This document shows positions 62,483 through 64,000 of a stretch of 64,000 nt of DNA, in pieces. The notes under the pieces were generated by a model. The model worked only from the letters and a program-made list of their open reading frames with translations, was not told the DNA's origin and did no database searches. The position numbers and the translations under genes are program-made. Every line of letters begins with the position of its first letter. The stretch's first letter is position 1. Source of the stretch: Schmidtea polychroa (lineage: Eukaryota); assembly GCA_044892525.1 (NCBI GenBank), contig CM097887.1, positions 111,206,397 to 111,270,396 of the forward strand. Direction: 5' to 3'.

Positions 62483-64000
62483 AAGATAAAAATAAAGAAA
62501 GTAAAAACAAGAGAGTCTGAGGAACAAGTCGATCAAATAATAACCGATATAGCAACAACAAGTAAACCAAAGATAATAAACTCAGACCAGGAGATAATAA
62601 TACGCAAAGCCAAAGAGGTGTTCTTTGAAGAAATGCAAGATCTATCCGATGAAGCGATACTAGCAAAAATAACAAAAACAGTACACACCTACGCAAGAGA
62701 CCAGACCACAAATCTAGACATAGAAAAAATAAAAACATTTATACCACTAGCATTCACCTTACCAACAAAAGACTCAAGAACACCATTACAACAAGCCATT
62801 TTAGCAGCAAATGAAAACAGAGCAATAACCATCATAAGAATCCTTGGAGACTTCGGAGAAGAATCTAATGCAAAAAATGAACAAGGAGAAACAGCAATAA
62901 TGTATGCAGCCATAACAAATATACACCCGAAAACATTACATATACTACATCGATCGGGATCAAGACTGGACGAAATATCAAACGAAGGAAATTCTACCAT
63001 GGATTGGGCAACCATACAACCAAACTTGGAAATGATTAGATTCATTTGTAAAAATGCTACAAGAACTGAGGTAGAAAATATCTGTAAAAACACGTCACAG
63101 TTCCAATGGAACACGATACGGATGAACTTAGAAGCCATGAAGTTATTGCTAACATGGAAAATACCGCAAAGCAATAAATATGCAATAAATATAAATGAGT
63201 TCTACGAAAACGGAGAAAATGCTATGGTTAAAAATACACTAACAAAAGGAGGAACTCCGAAAATCATAATGATCGTATTGAACAGAGAAGACCTCAAATT
63301 CACGCAAAATCTAAACGAACAAAAGCGGATTGGAAAACATCGCCGTATACAATTGAGAGAACTGGTAAAAGAATGGAATAGAAAGAGACATGTAGCAACA
63401 GGCAGAAAAGAGTTTGAATTCGAGGCAAAATTAGCAAGGAATAGAGTGTTAACGGCATATCGCAGATTATTGAACGACATAAATGTCGAGGACGACATTT
63501 CAAACGATAGCGGGGGAGATAAAGACGATAAAGACGACGATGATAATGAACAAGGTCGAAACGGGAATGGAGAGAAAGAGAAATCAGAGGAAAATAATCA
63601 AGGGAATAACGACTCAGGTATAAAAAAGGAGGAAAATAAACCGGGAAGCCGAACAAAGGAAGAGGAAAAGACGAATAATGGGAAACAGAGGGTATGCCCA
63701 CTTTTTACCAACAAGGAAATGGAAACAAATATGATGGTAATGATACTCATACTAACAATGATAGAAATGATAACAGCCCACGGTGGAATGAGAACGATAA
63801 AAGAAGCCAAGGAAACGGAAAACAAAGACAACAAGGAGAAGGAACTAAAGCAAGAAAAGAAGAAGCAAGTACGAGAGCAACAATGGGATTTAAAAGAAGA
63901 ATGGGATCTAAAAGAAAGATGCATACTAGGAAGATGTATGTCGAGAGCATATCGGAGACTAGTATTAATAAATGAAGATACAGAACCAATAACGGAAGTA
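62483..64000 (+). CDS. Continuation of the same frame: further ankyrin repeats, acidic/low-complexity region and a hydrophobic segment; open to the window end
   Basis: 506 stop-free codons after TAA 62480-62482: SRTPLQQAI, NEQGETAIMYAA, NEGNSTMDWA, MMVMILILTMIEMI. Absent from the ORF track because it has no stop in the window. Confidence 0.8.

Larger units (their letters stand above)
43443..64000 (+). mobile_element. Giant Gypsy/Ty3-type LTR retroelement (endogenous retrovirus-like), truncated by the window end
   Basis: 5' LTR, PBS, gag, env-like, PR-RT-RH-IN order; predicted TSD ATAG (43439-43442). Confidence 0.93.

Noticed and set aside
51335-63989. Many short antisense or alternate-frame ORFs over gag/env/pol
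   Set aside because: Shadows of the A-rich coding strand; no motifs.

Overview
AT-rich animal genomic DNA with very short (40-60 nt) GT-AG introns. This is compatible with a flatworm such as a planarian, but the host is an inference. Host genes are few: the 3' five exons of a TAO kinase (5493-8468), a decayed SPAG16-like gene (~15510-18011) and an intact EIF1AD (41987-42473). Two large mobile systems dominate. (1) A Maverick/Polinton (adintovirus-like) element at 20814-38822 has AGTAGT termini and a 6-bp TSD. It encodes pPolB, integrase, packaging ATPase, major and minor capsid, adenain protease and an unexpected TBP-like gene, and carries at least six host-sized spliceosomal mini-introns. 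Its polB is disrupted by a 3.8-kb solo LTR. (2) A giant Gypsy-type LTR retroelement starts at 43443 and runs off the window (>20.5 kb). It has a 4.1-kb LTR containing an ORF, a tRNA-Pro PBS and an IAP-type RING gene. One reading frame runs from 50858 to >64000 (>4380 codons, four in-frame stops, no frameshifts) and encodes Gag-3xCCHC, 3 ubiquitin-like domains, a Bcl-2-like domain, a chuvirus/gB-type fusogen, PR, RT, RNaseH, IN and ankyrin repeats. Two solo LTRs of related families (18315-20247, 23362-27151) lie nearby. The rest is MITEs and hAT, Tc1 and Gypsy relics. All family assignments come from motif recognition by eye; no searches were run.
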